This document shows positions 1 to 7,312 of a stretch of DNA of 23,809 nucleotides, piece by piece. This DNA comes from a bacterium. Its GTDB lineage: Bacteria > Patescibacteriota > Minisyncoccia > Phycocordibacterales > Phycocordibacteraceae. Location of the stretch: the NCBI GenBank assembly GCA_021813835.1, contig JAKAJJ010000003.1, positions 1 through 23,809 on the forward strand, in the 5' to 3' direction. A model generated the notes under the pieces. That model was not told where the DNA came from, ran no database searches, and was given only the letters and a program-made list of their open reading frames with translations. Position numbers and translations under genes: made by a program. Positions within the stretch are counted from its first letter, which is position 1. Every line of letters begins with the position of its first letter.

Positions 1-18
1 GAGGCCATCTAAAAACTC
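1..18. repeat. IS terminal inverted repeat (left in window)
   Basis: GAGGCCATCTAAAAACTC, perfect reverse complement of 905-922. Confidence 0.9.
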
Positions 19-511
19 ATTTCCGGCATCGTGAAAGCTTTTTTGCATAGCAACGAATGAGTGCGACGGACACAAGCCCTTCATACTGCGCCCGGGTGTG
101 CTCCCAGAGGTAATCGAGCCGTCGTTGCTGATCAAGGCATGCAATGGAGCGCTCCACCTTCCAGCGACAGGGTGCATACCTGCGCTCAGCCCGATCATCC
201 CAGAGGCGGGGTGGCTTGTGGCGATTGGCGAAGCCGCGATGATCAACTGCGGATTTGATGCCTCGCCTGCGCAACTCGCTTCTGAACTCCGCGCTGTCAT
301 AGCCCTTGTCCGCCCGAAGCCGCTTCGGTCTGCGGCGTCGGGTGCCAACAACAAGCGCATCGATGGTCGGCAGCGCCGAATCAATGTCCGCCACGTTCGC
401 TTTCGTGGTGAGTACGGCAAGCGGCAGACCGTTGCCGTCTATTAAAATGCTCCGTTTTAAGCCGTTTTTCTTCTTGAATCCCGAGTATCCAACCTGATCG
501 TGACCCCCTTT
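17..511 (-). CDS. IS5-family transposase, DDE-containing ORF (orfB), reached by -1 frameshift from orfA
   Basis: The tracked ORF is 17-394, but its frame is open up to 511. Read by hand it gives KGGHDQVGYSGFKKKNGLKRSILIDGNGLPLAVLTTKANVADIDSALP...KGYDSAEF. The minus-strand run AAAAAG (plus 508-513) followed by GGGG lies at the orfA/orfB overlap. A -1 slip there would give ...QNKK-GGHDQVGY... Confidence 0.8.
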   Translation of the reverse strand, partial: KGGHDQVGYSGFKKKNGLKRSILIDGNGLPLAVLTTKANVADIDSALPTIDALVVGTRRRRPKRLRADKGYDSAEFRSELRRRGIKSAVDHRGFANRHKPPRLWDDRAERRYAPCRWKVERSIACLDQQRRLDYLWEHTRAQYEGLVSVALIRCYAKKLSRCRK

Positions 512-852
512 TTATTCTGTCGAACAGAAGCATCGAGATACGCATTCTGCCAGTTGATCTTGCGGCGGCGGTTCAGTTCCATGAGCAGAATGCCGGCCAT
601 GGCCGCCCATCGGCCTTCTCGGTGCCACGAAGTGAAGCGATACCAGCACGTTTTGCCGGAGCCATAGCGCTCGGGTGGGATATCCTCCCAGCGGCAGCCG
701 GTGGAGAGGACATAGAGGATGCCGTTCATCGTTTTGCGGTCATCGGAACGAGGCCTGCCGGTTCGCGCGGGCACCGGCATAAGCGGAGCGAGGAGGGACC
801 ATTCCTTGTCTGAAAGGTCTGACGGGAGCGGTTTGAGAGAAGACATGAGCAA
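457..852 (-). CDS. IS5-family transposase, N-terminal ORF (orfA)
   Basis: The sequence LPSDLSDKEWSLLAPLMP...GRPRSDDRKTMNGILYVLSTGCRWEDIPPERYGSGKTCWYRFTSWHREGRW is typical of the IS5/IS427-group orfA. The tracked ORF starts at TTG 852. ATG at 846 (MSSLKP...) is the more likely start. Confidence 0.85.
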   Translation of the reverse strand: MLMSSLKPLPSDLSDKEWSLLAPLMPVPARTGRPRSDDRKTMNGILYVLSTGCRWEDIPPERYGSGKTCWYRFTSWHREGRWAAMAGILLMELNRRRKINWQNAYLDASVRQNKKGVTIRLDTRDSRRKTA

Positions 853-904
853 AAGTGAGGCGGATAATGCCCCTGCTCCTTGGAACTATTTTAGCATGAA
901 AAGA

Positions 905-922
905 GAGTTTTTAGATGGCCTC
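905..922. repeat. IS terminal inverted repeat (right in window)
   Basis: GAGTTTTTAGATGGCCTC, reverse complement of 1-18. It supplies the TAA that ends the truncated Fic reading frame. Confidence 0.9.
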
Positions 923-1524
923 CGTAAAACCTTCCGGCGGCAAGGCTCTGGAATTTTGGTCGACAGCAAACTCAACTCCGTGTTTTGCGAGCACTATTCG
1001 CTCAATCTCGATAGCAACATAACTCGGATCAATATTTTGTGCGCTGAATCTGTCCTGTACAGCTTCTTGCACTGCACTTCGCTCTTCTGACCGAGATTCA
1101 TGAGGCGTTAGGAGCAAGCCCAAGACGCGAGCTGCCTTCCATTGCCGTCGGCGTATCGATGTACTGCGTTGACCACAGCGGGCAGCATGTATCTCTCGTC
1201 GCTTTCATGCTTCATATGCCCAACGGCTTCGTAAGCCATCTTTAGCAACGGCTCTTTATCCTCGGGTCGCGGAACTTGCGCGTCTCCGACAAAGCCACCG
1301 ATATATACTCGGTCGCCGTCGACGTTACGATTGCGGATCGGGATATTTCTCGCGATCGCATTTATGCGATCGAGAAAATCTCGGAATTGGTCAAATGATA
1401 TTTGTTGTACCTTTTCCGGGTGTTGTTGCAAATCATCAAAGAAATCGTAAGCGCCCGATCTATTCAGAAATGCGTCTACTTTCGCTCCGCTAGCTTCGCG
1501 AACCGCTTCCGAACCCTGTCTCAT
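911..1524 (-). pseudogene. Fic-domain protein gene, frameshifted inside the Fic motif and 3'-truncated by the IS
   Basis: ORF 1108-1524 ends ...AVVNAVHRYADGNGRQLASWACS*. Shifting frame by one nt after GNGR(Q) continues as ARVLGLLLTPHES... (ORF 911-1123). This restores H-x-(F/Y)-x-D-G-N-G-R-x-x-R, the Fic core motif. The second ORF runs into the IS inverted repeat, which supplies its stop codon. A hand count of 1381-1440 gives 22/60 G+C. Confidence 0.6.
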
Positions 1525-1622
1525 ATCTCAATCTTAGCAGATTTACCTGCCACGAACTTAGACCCTCCGCAGCGCATCGTCGGGCTATGCGTCCGCATAC
1601 CTCCGATACTAAATACTTCGGG

Positions 1623-1707
1623 CGGAGGAGGTGAGATTCGAACTCACGGTGCCTTGCGGCACGCCTGTTTTCAAGACAGGTGCACTAGACCGCTATGCGA
1701 CTCCTCC
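1623..1707 (-). tRNA. tRNA-Ser (anticodon TGA)
   Basis: Folded by hand. Acceptor stem is GGAGGAG/CTCCTCC. Anticodon arm is CCTGT-CTTGAAA-ACAGG (anticodon TGA). The long variable arm GTGCC-GCAA-GGCAC is class II. T arm is GTGAG-TTCGAAT-CTCAC, with discriminator G. CCA is not encoded. Confidence 0.85.
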
Positions 1708-1712
1708 CGGAC

Positions 1713-1979
1713 TTACCGCGCCGATGATGAATGATTCGTCGGCGCGTGCTCGTGCGCGTCCTTGGGGCGGAACCAGATGAGGTAGATGATCTCGAGGATG
1801 CCGAGCGTGTTCACGACGAGGAGCGCGACGAACCACCATTTCTGGCTTCCGCGCGCGGCGTACCAGAGCGAGAATCCCTTGAGGACGACGGTCCAGAGGA
1901 GCGCGACGAGGATGAGCGGCACGAAGATGCTGCCGGGGCCGGCGGCGAGCGGCGAGTAGAACAGGGAATAAGCGTGCAT
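1713..1979 (-). CDS. Small two-TM membrane protein (DUF5652-like, common in CPR genomes)
   Basis: LKGFSLWYAARGSQKWWFVALLVVNTLGILEIIYLIWF matches my memory of the DUF5652 signature. The tracked ORF is 1713-1997. I prefer ATG 1979 because TGGTATGCT (an extended -10-like element) lies 8 nt upstream of it. Confidence 0.6.
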   Translation of the reverse strand: MHAYSLFYSPLAAGPGSIFVPLILVALLWTVVLKGFSLWYAARGSQKWWFVALLVVNTLGILEIIYLIWFRPKDAHEHAPTNHSSSAR

Positions 1980-2008
1980 ATGCGCCGAGCATACCATACA
2001 CTTGCCCT

Positions 2009-2416
2009 ATGCGGTATCTCGGCGTCGACTTCGGCACGAAGAAAGTCGGCCTCGCGCTCTCCGACGAGGCGGGCATGATGGGTTTCCCGCATAAAGTCGT
2101 GCCCGCCTCGCCGCGGCTTGCCGGCGAGCTCTGCGCGCTCATCGCCGCGGAGAACATCGGCGCGGTCGTCATCGGGGAATCGAGGAACCTCGCGGGCGGC
2201 GATAATCCGATCGCCGCCGCCGCCCGCGCGCTCGGCGACGACCTCGCCCTGCGCGCGGGCGTGCCGGTCTTCTACGAGCCGGAAGCGTTTACGACCGCGC
2301 AGGCGCGGCGCGCGCCGAGCAAGGAAGGGAAAACGCGCGCGCCGAAAGGGAGCGCTCCCGTCGACGCCTCGGCCGCGGCCCTTATCCTGACAAGCTATCT
2401 TTCCCGTCATTCATAA
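2009..2416 (+). CDS. ruvX: Holliday-junction resolvase-like nuclease YqgF/RuvX
   Basis: MRYLGVDFGTKKVGLALSD...IGAVVIGES is the YqgF family N-terminus. Length is 135 aa. The stop overlaps the next start (TAATG). Confidence 0.85.
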   Translation: MRYLGVDFGTKKVGLALSDEAGMMGFPHKVVPASPRLAGELCALIAAENIGAVVIGESRNLAGGDNPIAAAARALGDDLALRAGVPVFYEPEAFTTAQARRAPSKEGKTRAPKGSAPVDASAAALILTSYLSRHS

Positions 2417-2757
2417 TGAATAAACCCCGCATTTCCCTCGACGAGTTCTCGAAGATAGACGTGTCCGTCGGCACGGTCAGAAGCGCCGAGCGCGTGCCGG
2501 ACACCGACAAGCTCCTGCGGCTCCTCGTTGATTTCGGGGAAGAGGCCGGTCCGCGGCAGATCATTTCGGGCATCGCCGCGTACGTGCCGGAACCCGAAAC
2601 GCTCGTCGGCCGCCAGCTCGCATTCGTGACGAACCTCGAGCCGCGCGCGATACGCGGACTCGAATCGAACGGAATGCTCTTCGCCGTCGGATCGGGAGAG
2701 GCCTTCGCGTTTCTTTCGCCCGACCGCGCCGTGCCGCCCGGCACCGCCGCGCATTAG
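2416..2757 (+). CDS. Stand-alone OB-fold tRNA-binding domain protein (CsaA / MetRS-C-terminal type)
   Basis: FSKIDVSVGTVRSAERVPDTDKLLRLLVDFGEE..RQIISGIAAYV.PE.LVGRQLAFVTNLEPRAIRGLESNGMLFA matches the tRNA-binding (EMAP-II/CsaA) domain pattern. Confidence 0.8.
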   Translation: MNKPRISLDEFSKIDVSVGTVRSAERVPDTDKLLRLLVDFGEEAGPRQIISGIAAYVPEPETLVGRQLAFVTNLEPRAIRGLESNGMLFAVGSGEAFAFLSPDRAVPPGTAAH

Positions 2758-2787
2758 CGCCCCCGCGCTGCGGTATACTTCCCGCAT

Positions 2788-3885
2788 ATGTCCTTCGCGT
2801 TCGGCGAGCGATTGCGTGCCGCGTTTGCGCCCCCGCGCTATCTCGCGCTTCCCCTGTCGGGCATCGACCTTTCGACAAGCGGCGTCAAGACCGTGCGTCT
2901 CGCCGAAAGCGCCCACGGCCTCATCCTCGCCGGATACGCGCAGGTGTGGCTGCCCTCCGGCGCGTTTTCCGACGGCGAGATCGTCGACCGCAAAGCGGTC
3001 GTCGCCGCGCTCGCGGAGGCCGCGAGAATTTCCGGCATCTTCACCGCGAACGCCGCCCTTCCGGAATCAAAGTCGTACCTCTTCGAGACCGCGGCGCCGG
3101 GCGCCGGGAAGGACGCCTGGCGCCTTTCGGTCGAACAGCATCTCGACGAATTCGTGCCGCTCGCGCCGCCCGAGACCGCGTTCGACATCGTCGGGGTAGG
3201 GAAGAACGCGGCAGGCGACACGCTCCTCGCGGGCATCGGGTTCGCGCGGCGCATCGTCGACGACACGGTTTCCGCCTATGACGAAGCCGGCATCCGCGTG
3301 CGGGCGCTTGAGGGCGAGACCTTCGCGATGGCGCGCGCGCTTTTGCCGCGCGGGGACGATTCCACCGTCCTCATCATCGACGTCGGCAAGACGACGACGA
3401 AAATCGCCGTCGTCGCGAAGCGCGTTCCGCGCTTCGCGACGACCATCGGCATCGGCGGCCATGCGCTCACGCTCGCGGTGCAGAAGCACTTCGGCGTGAG
3501 TGAAGCCGAGGCCCGCACGGTGAAAGCCGAACGCGGCATCGTGCCGAGCGCCGGCAACGAGGATTACCTTGCGGCCATGCTGTCGACCGTGTCCGCCATC
3601 CGCGACGAGATTTCCCGCCGCCTCGAGTACTGGCAGAGCAAAGCCGCGCTCTCCTCGGAGCATGAGCCGGTATCGCGCGCCATCCTCGCGGGCGGCAACG
3701 CCTCGGTGCGCGGGCTCCCCGAGTACCTCGAGGGAGCGTTCAAGGTCCCCGTCGCTACGGGCGACGTCTTCACGAACCTCGCGCCGCGCGATACCTGGCT
3801 CCCGTCCCTCGACTACACCGAGTCGCTCGCGTACGCGACGGCCATCGGCCTCGCGCTCTACGACGACACCCAACCGTATGTATAA
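2788..3885 (+). CDS. pilM: Type IV pilus assembly ATPase-fold protein PilM
   Basis: Length is 365 aa. Actin-like fold motifs are present (GIDLSTSGVKTV, LIIDVGKTTTKIAVV, AILAGGNASVRGLPEYL). It is followed by translationally coupled bitopic proteins, as in pilMNO loci. Confidence 0.8.
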   Translation: MSFAFGERLRAAFAPPRYLALPLSGIDLSTSGVKTVRLAESAHGLILAGYAQVWLPSGAFSDGEIVDRKAVVAALAEAARISGIFTANAALPESKSYLFETAAPGAGKDAWRLSVEQHLDEFVPLAPPETAFDIVGVGKNAAGDTLLAGIGFARRIVDDTVSAYDEAGIRVRALEGETFAMARALLPRGDDSTVLIIDVGKTTTKIAVVAKRVPRFATTIGIGGHALTLAVQKHFGVSEAEARTVKAERGIVPSAGNEDYLAAMLSTVSAIRDEISRRLEYWQSKAALSSEHEPVSRAILAGGNASVRGLPEYLEGAFKVPVATGDVFTNLAPRDTWLPSLDYTESLAYATAIGLALYDDTQPYV

Positions 3886-4432
3886 CGAGCGCACCAATCT
3901 CCTGCCCGCGAGCCGCCAGCGCGCCGTTCTCCGCAATTATTTCCTGCGCCTCGGCGTCGTCACGGCCGTGCTTGTCGCCGCCCTTCTCTTCGCGGCCGCG
4001 GCGCTCCTCCTCCCGACCTACGTGTACCTATCGGCGAGCGAAAAGGCGAAGCAAGCGCATCTCGCGAGCATCGAATCCGCCCTTTCCTCCGCCGACGAAT
4101 CCGCCCTTTCCTCGCGCCTCATCGCGCTCTCGAACGATGCAGCCGTCCTTACGGCGCTCCAGGATGCGCCGTCCGCGAGCGCGACGGTCCGCGCCCTCCT
4201 GGGCATCCTCCGTCCCGGCGTAACGCTCTCGAGCATCACGTATGCGTCGCCTTCCGGCGCGGCGCGGGGAACGCTCGCGGTCTCCGGGATCGCGGCGACG
4301 CGCGATGCGCTGCGCAGTTATCAGCTCGCGCTCCAGAACGCCCCGTTCGCCGCGAATGCGGACTTGCCGGTTTCCGCATACGCGAAAGACAGCGATATTC
4401 CTTTCACGATCACCGTAACGCTCGCGCCATGA
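3878..4432 (+). CDS. PilN-like bitopic pilus assembly protein
   Basis: ATG 3878 is in frame within tracked ORF 3569-4432 and overlaps the pilM stop by 8 nt. ERTNLLPASRQRAVLRNYFLRLGVVTAVLVAALLFAAAALLL is a PilN-type N-terminus followed by one TM helix. Confidence 0.6.
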   Translation: MYNERTNLLPASRQRAVLRNYFLRLGVVTAVLVAALLFAAAALLLPTYVYLSASEKAKQAHLASIESALSSADESALSSRLIALSNDAAVLTALQDAPSASATVRALLGILRPGVTLSSITYASPSGAARGTLAVSGIAATRDALRSYQLALQNAPFAANADLPVSAYAKDSDIPFTITVTLAP

Positions 4433-4986
4433 AATCCCCCCTCTCCCACCTGCTCGCCGCGCTCGCCGTATGCGCCGTCATCCTCGCCGGCTACGGGGCG
4501 GCGTATGCCGCCGTCGCCGCGGAAAGCGCCTCCGTCGCGGCGCTCGAGAGCCAGATCGGCGCGGCGACGGCGACGGCGAACCGCATCGCCTCCGCGCGCG
4601 CGGCGCTCGCCGAGATCGCGGGCGACGAGGCCGCCGTGCAGGCGTACTTCGTTCCCGAGTCCGCCATCGTCGCGTTCATTAACGCCCTCGAGGAGCGCGG
4701 CCGCGCGCAAGGGGCCAGCGTGAGCGTCGCGTCCGTTTCGGCGCAGACCGTGAAGGCGCATCCCATGCTCGCGCTCGCGCTCACCGTGACGGGCACCTTC
4801 GGCGCGGTGATGCGCACGGTCGGCTCCGTCGAGTATGCGCCGTATGATCTCGCCATCTCGACGCTCTCCGTCGGGCAGGACGCGAAGAGCGGCTGGCGCG
4901 CCGATCTGACGCTCTCCGTCGGTTCGGCGCTGTCCGCCGCGACGACGACGCTCGCGGCGCCGGGAGCCGTAGCGCCCGCCCGCTGA
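4429..4986 (+). CDS. PilO-like bitopic protein (assigned by position and topology)
   Basis: Its start overlaps the upstream gene (ATGA). It has an N-terminal TM helix, an Ala-rich coiled segment, then a beta-rich C-terminus. The assignment rests mainly on synteny after pilM/pilN. Confidence 0.5.
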   Translation: MKSPLSHLLAALAVCAVILAGYGAAYAAVAAESASVAALESQIGAATATANRIASARAALAEIAGDEAAVQAYFVPESAIVAFINALEERGRAQGASVSVASVSAQTVKAHPMLALALTVTGTFGAVMRTVGSVEYAPYDLAISTLSVGQDAKSGWRADLTLSVGSALSAATTTLAAPGAVAPAR

Positions 4987-5298
4987 ATGCGTATGACCCT
5001 TCCTCCCCTCACCTCCCTCGCGAAGCGATTGAGGTACGGCGCGTCCATCGACCCCGTCCGCGACTGGCTCGTCCTCCTCATTGTTGCGGCTCTGGCGTTC
5101 ATCGGCATCGTCGCGTGGAATATCTGGGCGTTCGATACCGTCGCGGGCGGAGGTACCATCGGTTCTCCGGCTCCCGTCGCGCCGCCCGCCTTCAGCCAAT
5201 CCTCGCTTGACACCATCCGCGCCATCTTTGCGAGCCGCGCGGCGGAGGAAGCGAAATACGCGGACGGCACGTATTCTTTCGCGGATCCCTCGCACTAG
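4987..5298 (+). CDS. Hypothetical single-TM protein, last gene of the pilM operon
   Basis: It starts immediately after the preceding stop codon. It contains a TM helix (WLVLLIVAALAFIGIVAWNIWAF). I recognise no family. Confidence 0.5.
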   Translation: MRMTLPPLTSLAKRLRYGASIDPVRDWLVLLIVAALAFIGIVAWNIWAFDTVAGGGTIGSPAPVAPPAFSQSSLDTIRAIFASRAAEEAKYADGTYSFADPSH

Positions 5299-5379
5299 CC
5301 GGAGGAACCGCGCCAAGCGCAGCGAAGCGAAAACAACGGCTCGCATCCGAGCCCGCTTGGTAGTAGGGTGGGGAAGTTC

Positions 5380-5451
5380 GCCCCCGTAGCTCAATGGACA
5401 GAGCCGCGGACTTCTAAGCCGCTGATGTGGGTTCGATTCCTACCGGGGGCA
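5380..5451 (+). tRNA. tRNA-Arg (anticodon TCT)
   Basis: Acceptor stem is GCCCCCG/CGGGGGC. Anticodon arm is GCGGA-CTTCTAA-GCCGC (anticodon TCT, with an A:G mismatch at the loop-closing pair). T arm is GTGGG-TTCGATT-CCTAC. Discriminator is A. Confidence 0.8.
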
Positions 5452-5482
5452 CAGCTGGTCCGCCCGTCAGCGGACGAGACAG

Positions 5483-5564
5483 GGGCATGTGGCGGAACTG
5501 GTATACGCGTACGTCTCAGAAGCGTATGTCGCAAGACGTGAGGGTTCGACTCCCTCCATGCCCA
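5483..5564 (+). tRNA. tRNA-Leu (anticodon CAG)
   Basis: Acceptor stem is GGGCATG/CATGCCC. Anticodon arm is TACGT-CTCAGAA-GCGTA. The long variable arm is TGTCGCAAGACGT. T arm is GAGGG-TTCGACT-CCCTC. Confidence 0.85.
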
Positions 5565-5579
5565 CACGAAAATAAAAAT

Positions 5580-5652
5580 GCACCCTTAGCTCAGTCGGTA
5601 GAGCAGCGCATTTACACTGCGAAGGCCGGGGGTTCGAGTCCCTCAGGGTGCA
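5580..5652 (+). tRNA. tRNA-Val (anticodon TAC)
   Basis: Acceptor stem is GCACCCT/AGGGTGC. D arm is GCTC-AGTCGGTA-GAGC. The anticodon loop is TTTACAC. T arm is GGGGG-TTCGAGT-CCCTC. Confidence 0.85.
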
Positions 5653-5691
5653 CTTGAAACTAAACGCCCGGCGGTCTAGGTTTCCAGGGAT

Positions 5692-6390
5692 ATGACCGAA
5701 CGCGGGGATCCGCCCGGCGCCGCGTGCGTCGGCATCATTATGGACGGGAACCGACGCTGGGCGCGTTCGCGCGGCTTGCCGAGCATCGACGGACACACCG
5801 CGGGCTTCGCGAAGGCGAAAGAAATCATCCGCCACGCGTTTTCGCGCGGCATCGGCACCGCGATCCTCTACGCGTTTTCGACGGAGAACTGGAATCGCGC
5901 GCCGGAGGAGGTCTCCTATCTTATGCGGCTCTTCGCGAACGCTCTTGCGGACGAACTCGCCGAAATTTCCCGGGAGGGCATCCGCATCCGGTTTCTCGGC
6001 GACCTCGCGCGCCTGCCGGAGGAGCTCCGCGCCGCCGCGCGGAAACTCGAGACCGAAAGCGCCGCGGGCGGCGCGGAGAAGACGCTCGCCATCGCGCTTT
6101 CCTACGGCGGCCGCGCGGAAATACTCGCGGCGATGAACCGGCTTCTCGCCGCGGGGACACGCGCGGTCGGCGAGGAAGAGATGAATGCCGCCCTCTGGAG
6201 CGCGGGTCTGCCGGACCCCGACCTCGTCATCCGCACGGGCGGCGAGAAGCGCCTCTCCGGATTCCTCCCGTGGCAGTCGGTCTACAGCGAGCTTTTTTTC
6301 ACCGATACGCTCTGGCCCGATTTTTCGCGGGAGGAATTCGACGGCATCCTGGCCGGCTTCGCCGCGCGCGAGCGGCGGCGCGGGAAGTGA
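5692..6390 (+). CDS. uppS: Undecaprenyl-diphosphate synthase (cis-prenyltransferase)
   Basis: Signatures present: GIIMDGNRRWA, LYAFSTENWNRAPEEV, DLVIRTGGEKRLSGFLPWQSVYSELFF. Confidence 0.9.
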   Translation: MTERGDPPGAACVGIIMDGNRRWARSRGLPSIDGHTAGFAKAKEIIRHAFSRGIGTAILYAFSTENWNRAPEEVSYLMRLFANALADELAEISREGIRIRFLGDLARLPEELRAAARKLETESAAGGAEKTLAIALSYGGRAEILAAMNRLLAAGTRAVGEEEMNAALWSAGLPDPDLVIRTGGEKRLSGFLPWQSVYSELFFTDTLWPDFSREEFDGILAGFAARERRRGK

Positions 6391-6413
6391 CGGGAAGTGC
6401 TACGCTCCTAGGG

Positions 6414-7136
6414 ATGGAACTTCCCGTCCTCTACGAAGACGCGGACGTCGTCGCGGTCGCGAAGCCCGCGGGGATTGCGACGCATCCGGACGGACGCTCG
6501 AGCGCGCCGACCGCCGAGGATTGGTTCAAGGAGAAGTACCCTGGCGTAAAGCTCGAGCGGCCCTATGCGCACCGCCTCGACCGCGACACCTCCGGCGTCC
6601 TCGCGTTCGCGAAAAGCGCGCCGGCGCATGAATTCCTCCGCAAAGCGTTTACCGGCCGCGCCGTGCGGAAAACCTATCTCGCCTTCGTGTACGGCGTGCC
6701 GAAAGAACGGAAAGGAACTATCGATTTCGACATCGGCCGCTCGCGCAAGGACTTCCGCCTGCGGAGCGCCCAGCCGAAGGCGCGCGGGCGCCTGCGCGCC
6801 GCGGTGACGCGCTACGAAGTCGTCGCCGACGACGGCGCATACGCGCTCCTCAGAGTCGAGCCGGAGACGGGCCGGACGCACCAGATCCGCGTGCACCTGA
6901 AAGCCATCCACCATCCCGTCGTCGGCGACCCGCTCTACGCGCCGGAGCGCCCGCCGGCGCTCGGCGCGGAGCGCCTCGCGCTCCACGCCTATGCGCTCGA
7001 CCTGCCGCTCCCGTCGGGCGGGCAGGCGCGCATCCTCGCTCCGGTCCCCGCCGACCTCGCCCCCGCGCTCGCGCATTTCCCCTCCGCGCGCGGAAGATTT
7101 TCGGAAACTGCAGAAGGGCACCTTCTGCAACTGTAG
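6414..7136 (+). CDS. RluA-family pseudouridine synthase (short form, no S4 domain)
   Basis: ATG 6414 lies within tracked ORF 5724-7136; the upstream part of that ORF overlaps uppS and reads as Arg-rich noise. Motifs present: HRLDRDTSGVLAFAK (catalytic Asp), GRTHQIRVHL, GDPLYA. The last about 15 codons run through a hairpin, and the stop codon lies in the inverted repeat at 7134. Confidence 0.85.
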   Translation: MELPVLYEDADVVAVAKPAGIATHPDGRSSAPTAEDWFKEKYPGVKLERPYAHRLDRDTSGVLAFAKSAPAHEFLRKAFTGRAVRKTYLAFVYGVPKERKGTIDFDIGRSRKDFRLRSAQPKARGRLRAAVTRYEVVADDGAYALLRVEPETGRTHQIRVHLKAIHHPVVGDPLYAPERPPALGAERLALHAYALDLPLPSGGQARILAPVPADLAPALAHFPSARGRFSETAEGHLLQL

Positions 7137-7309
7137 AACCGGTCTCAAAAATAATGGCCGAGCGAGAGCCGGATTTTTCGAGCGAGAATCGCCGGCGCAG
7201 ACTGAAACGTATCGAGATACGCTGAAGGCGAGCCGTTGCGGTTCGGAGCCGAAAAATCCGGTTCGTAGCGGCCACGCATTTCCAAAGGTTATTTTTGAGA
7301 CCGGTTCTA
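7134..7309. repeat. 176-bp long-hairpin element with perfect 21-bp terminal inverted repeats (MITE-like element or structured RNA / bidirectional terminator)
   Basis: TAGAACCGGTCTCAAAAATAA (7134-7154) is the exact reverse complement of 7289-7309. A nested 12-bp inverted repeat, CCGGATTTTTCG (7169-7180), pairs with 7250-7261. A further 5-6 bp pairing joins 7155-7160 and 7269-7274. The element exactly fills the gap between two convergent stop codons. Confidence 0.6.
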
Positions 7310-7312
7310 ACA

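Larger units (their letters stand above)
1..922 (-). mobile_element. Complete IS5-family insertion sequence (two-ORF IS427/IS1031-like type), 922 bp, bounded by perfect 18-bp terminal inverted repeats
   Basis: 1-18 GAGGCCATCTAAAAACTC is the exact reverse complement of 905-922. Between the repeats are two overlapping minus-strand ORFs with IS5/DDE-transposase-like sequence. The window starts exactly at the left inverted repeat, so the left flank and any target-site duplication cannot be seen. Confidence 0.85.

Noticed and set aside
1525-1622. A direct repeat of the tRNA-Ser 3' end (att site) or an integrase between the Fic remnant and the tRNA.
   Set aside because: I could not find a repeat of the tRNA 3' segment anywhere in 1-1620. 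No integrase-like ORF is present. The distal island boundary, if any, lies outside the window.
5724-6413. The N-terminal 230 codons of ORF 5724-7136, which would make a 470-aa pseudouridine synthase.
   Set aside because: This stretch overlaps uppS out of frame and is Arg-rich noise. The RluA-family homology begins at ATG 6414.
7134-7309. Identifying the long hairpin as SRP (4.5S) RNA or 6S RNA.
   Set aside because: I could not find the conserved SRP domain-IV sequence (GGAA tetraloop with flanking AGCA/GGAAG-type loops). 6S RNA has no sequence signature I can verify by eye. I left it as an unassigned hairpin or MITE-like element.
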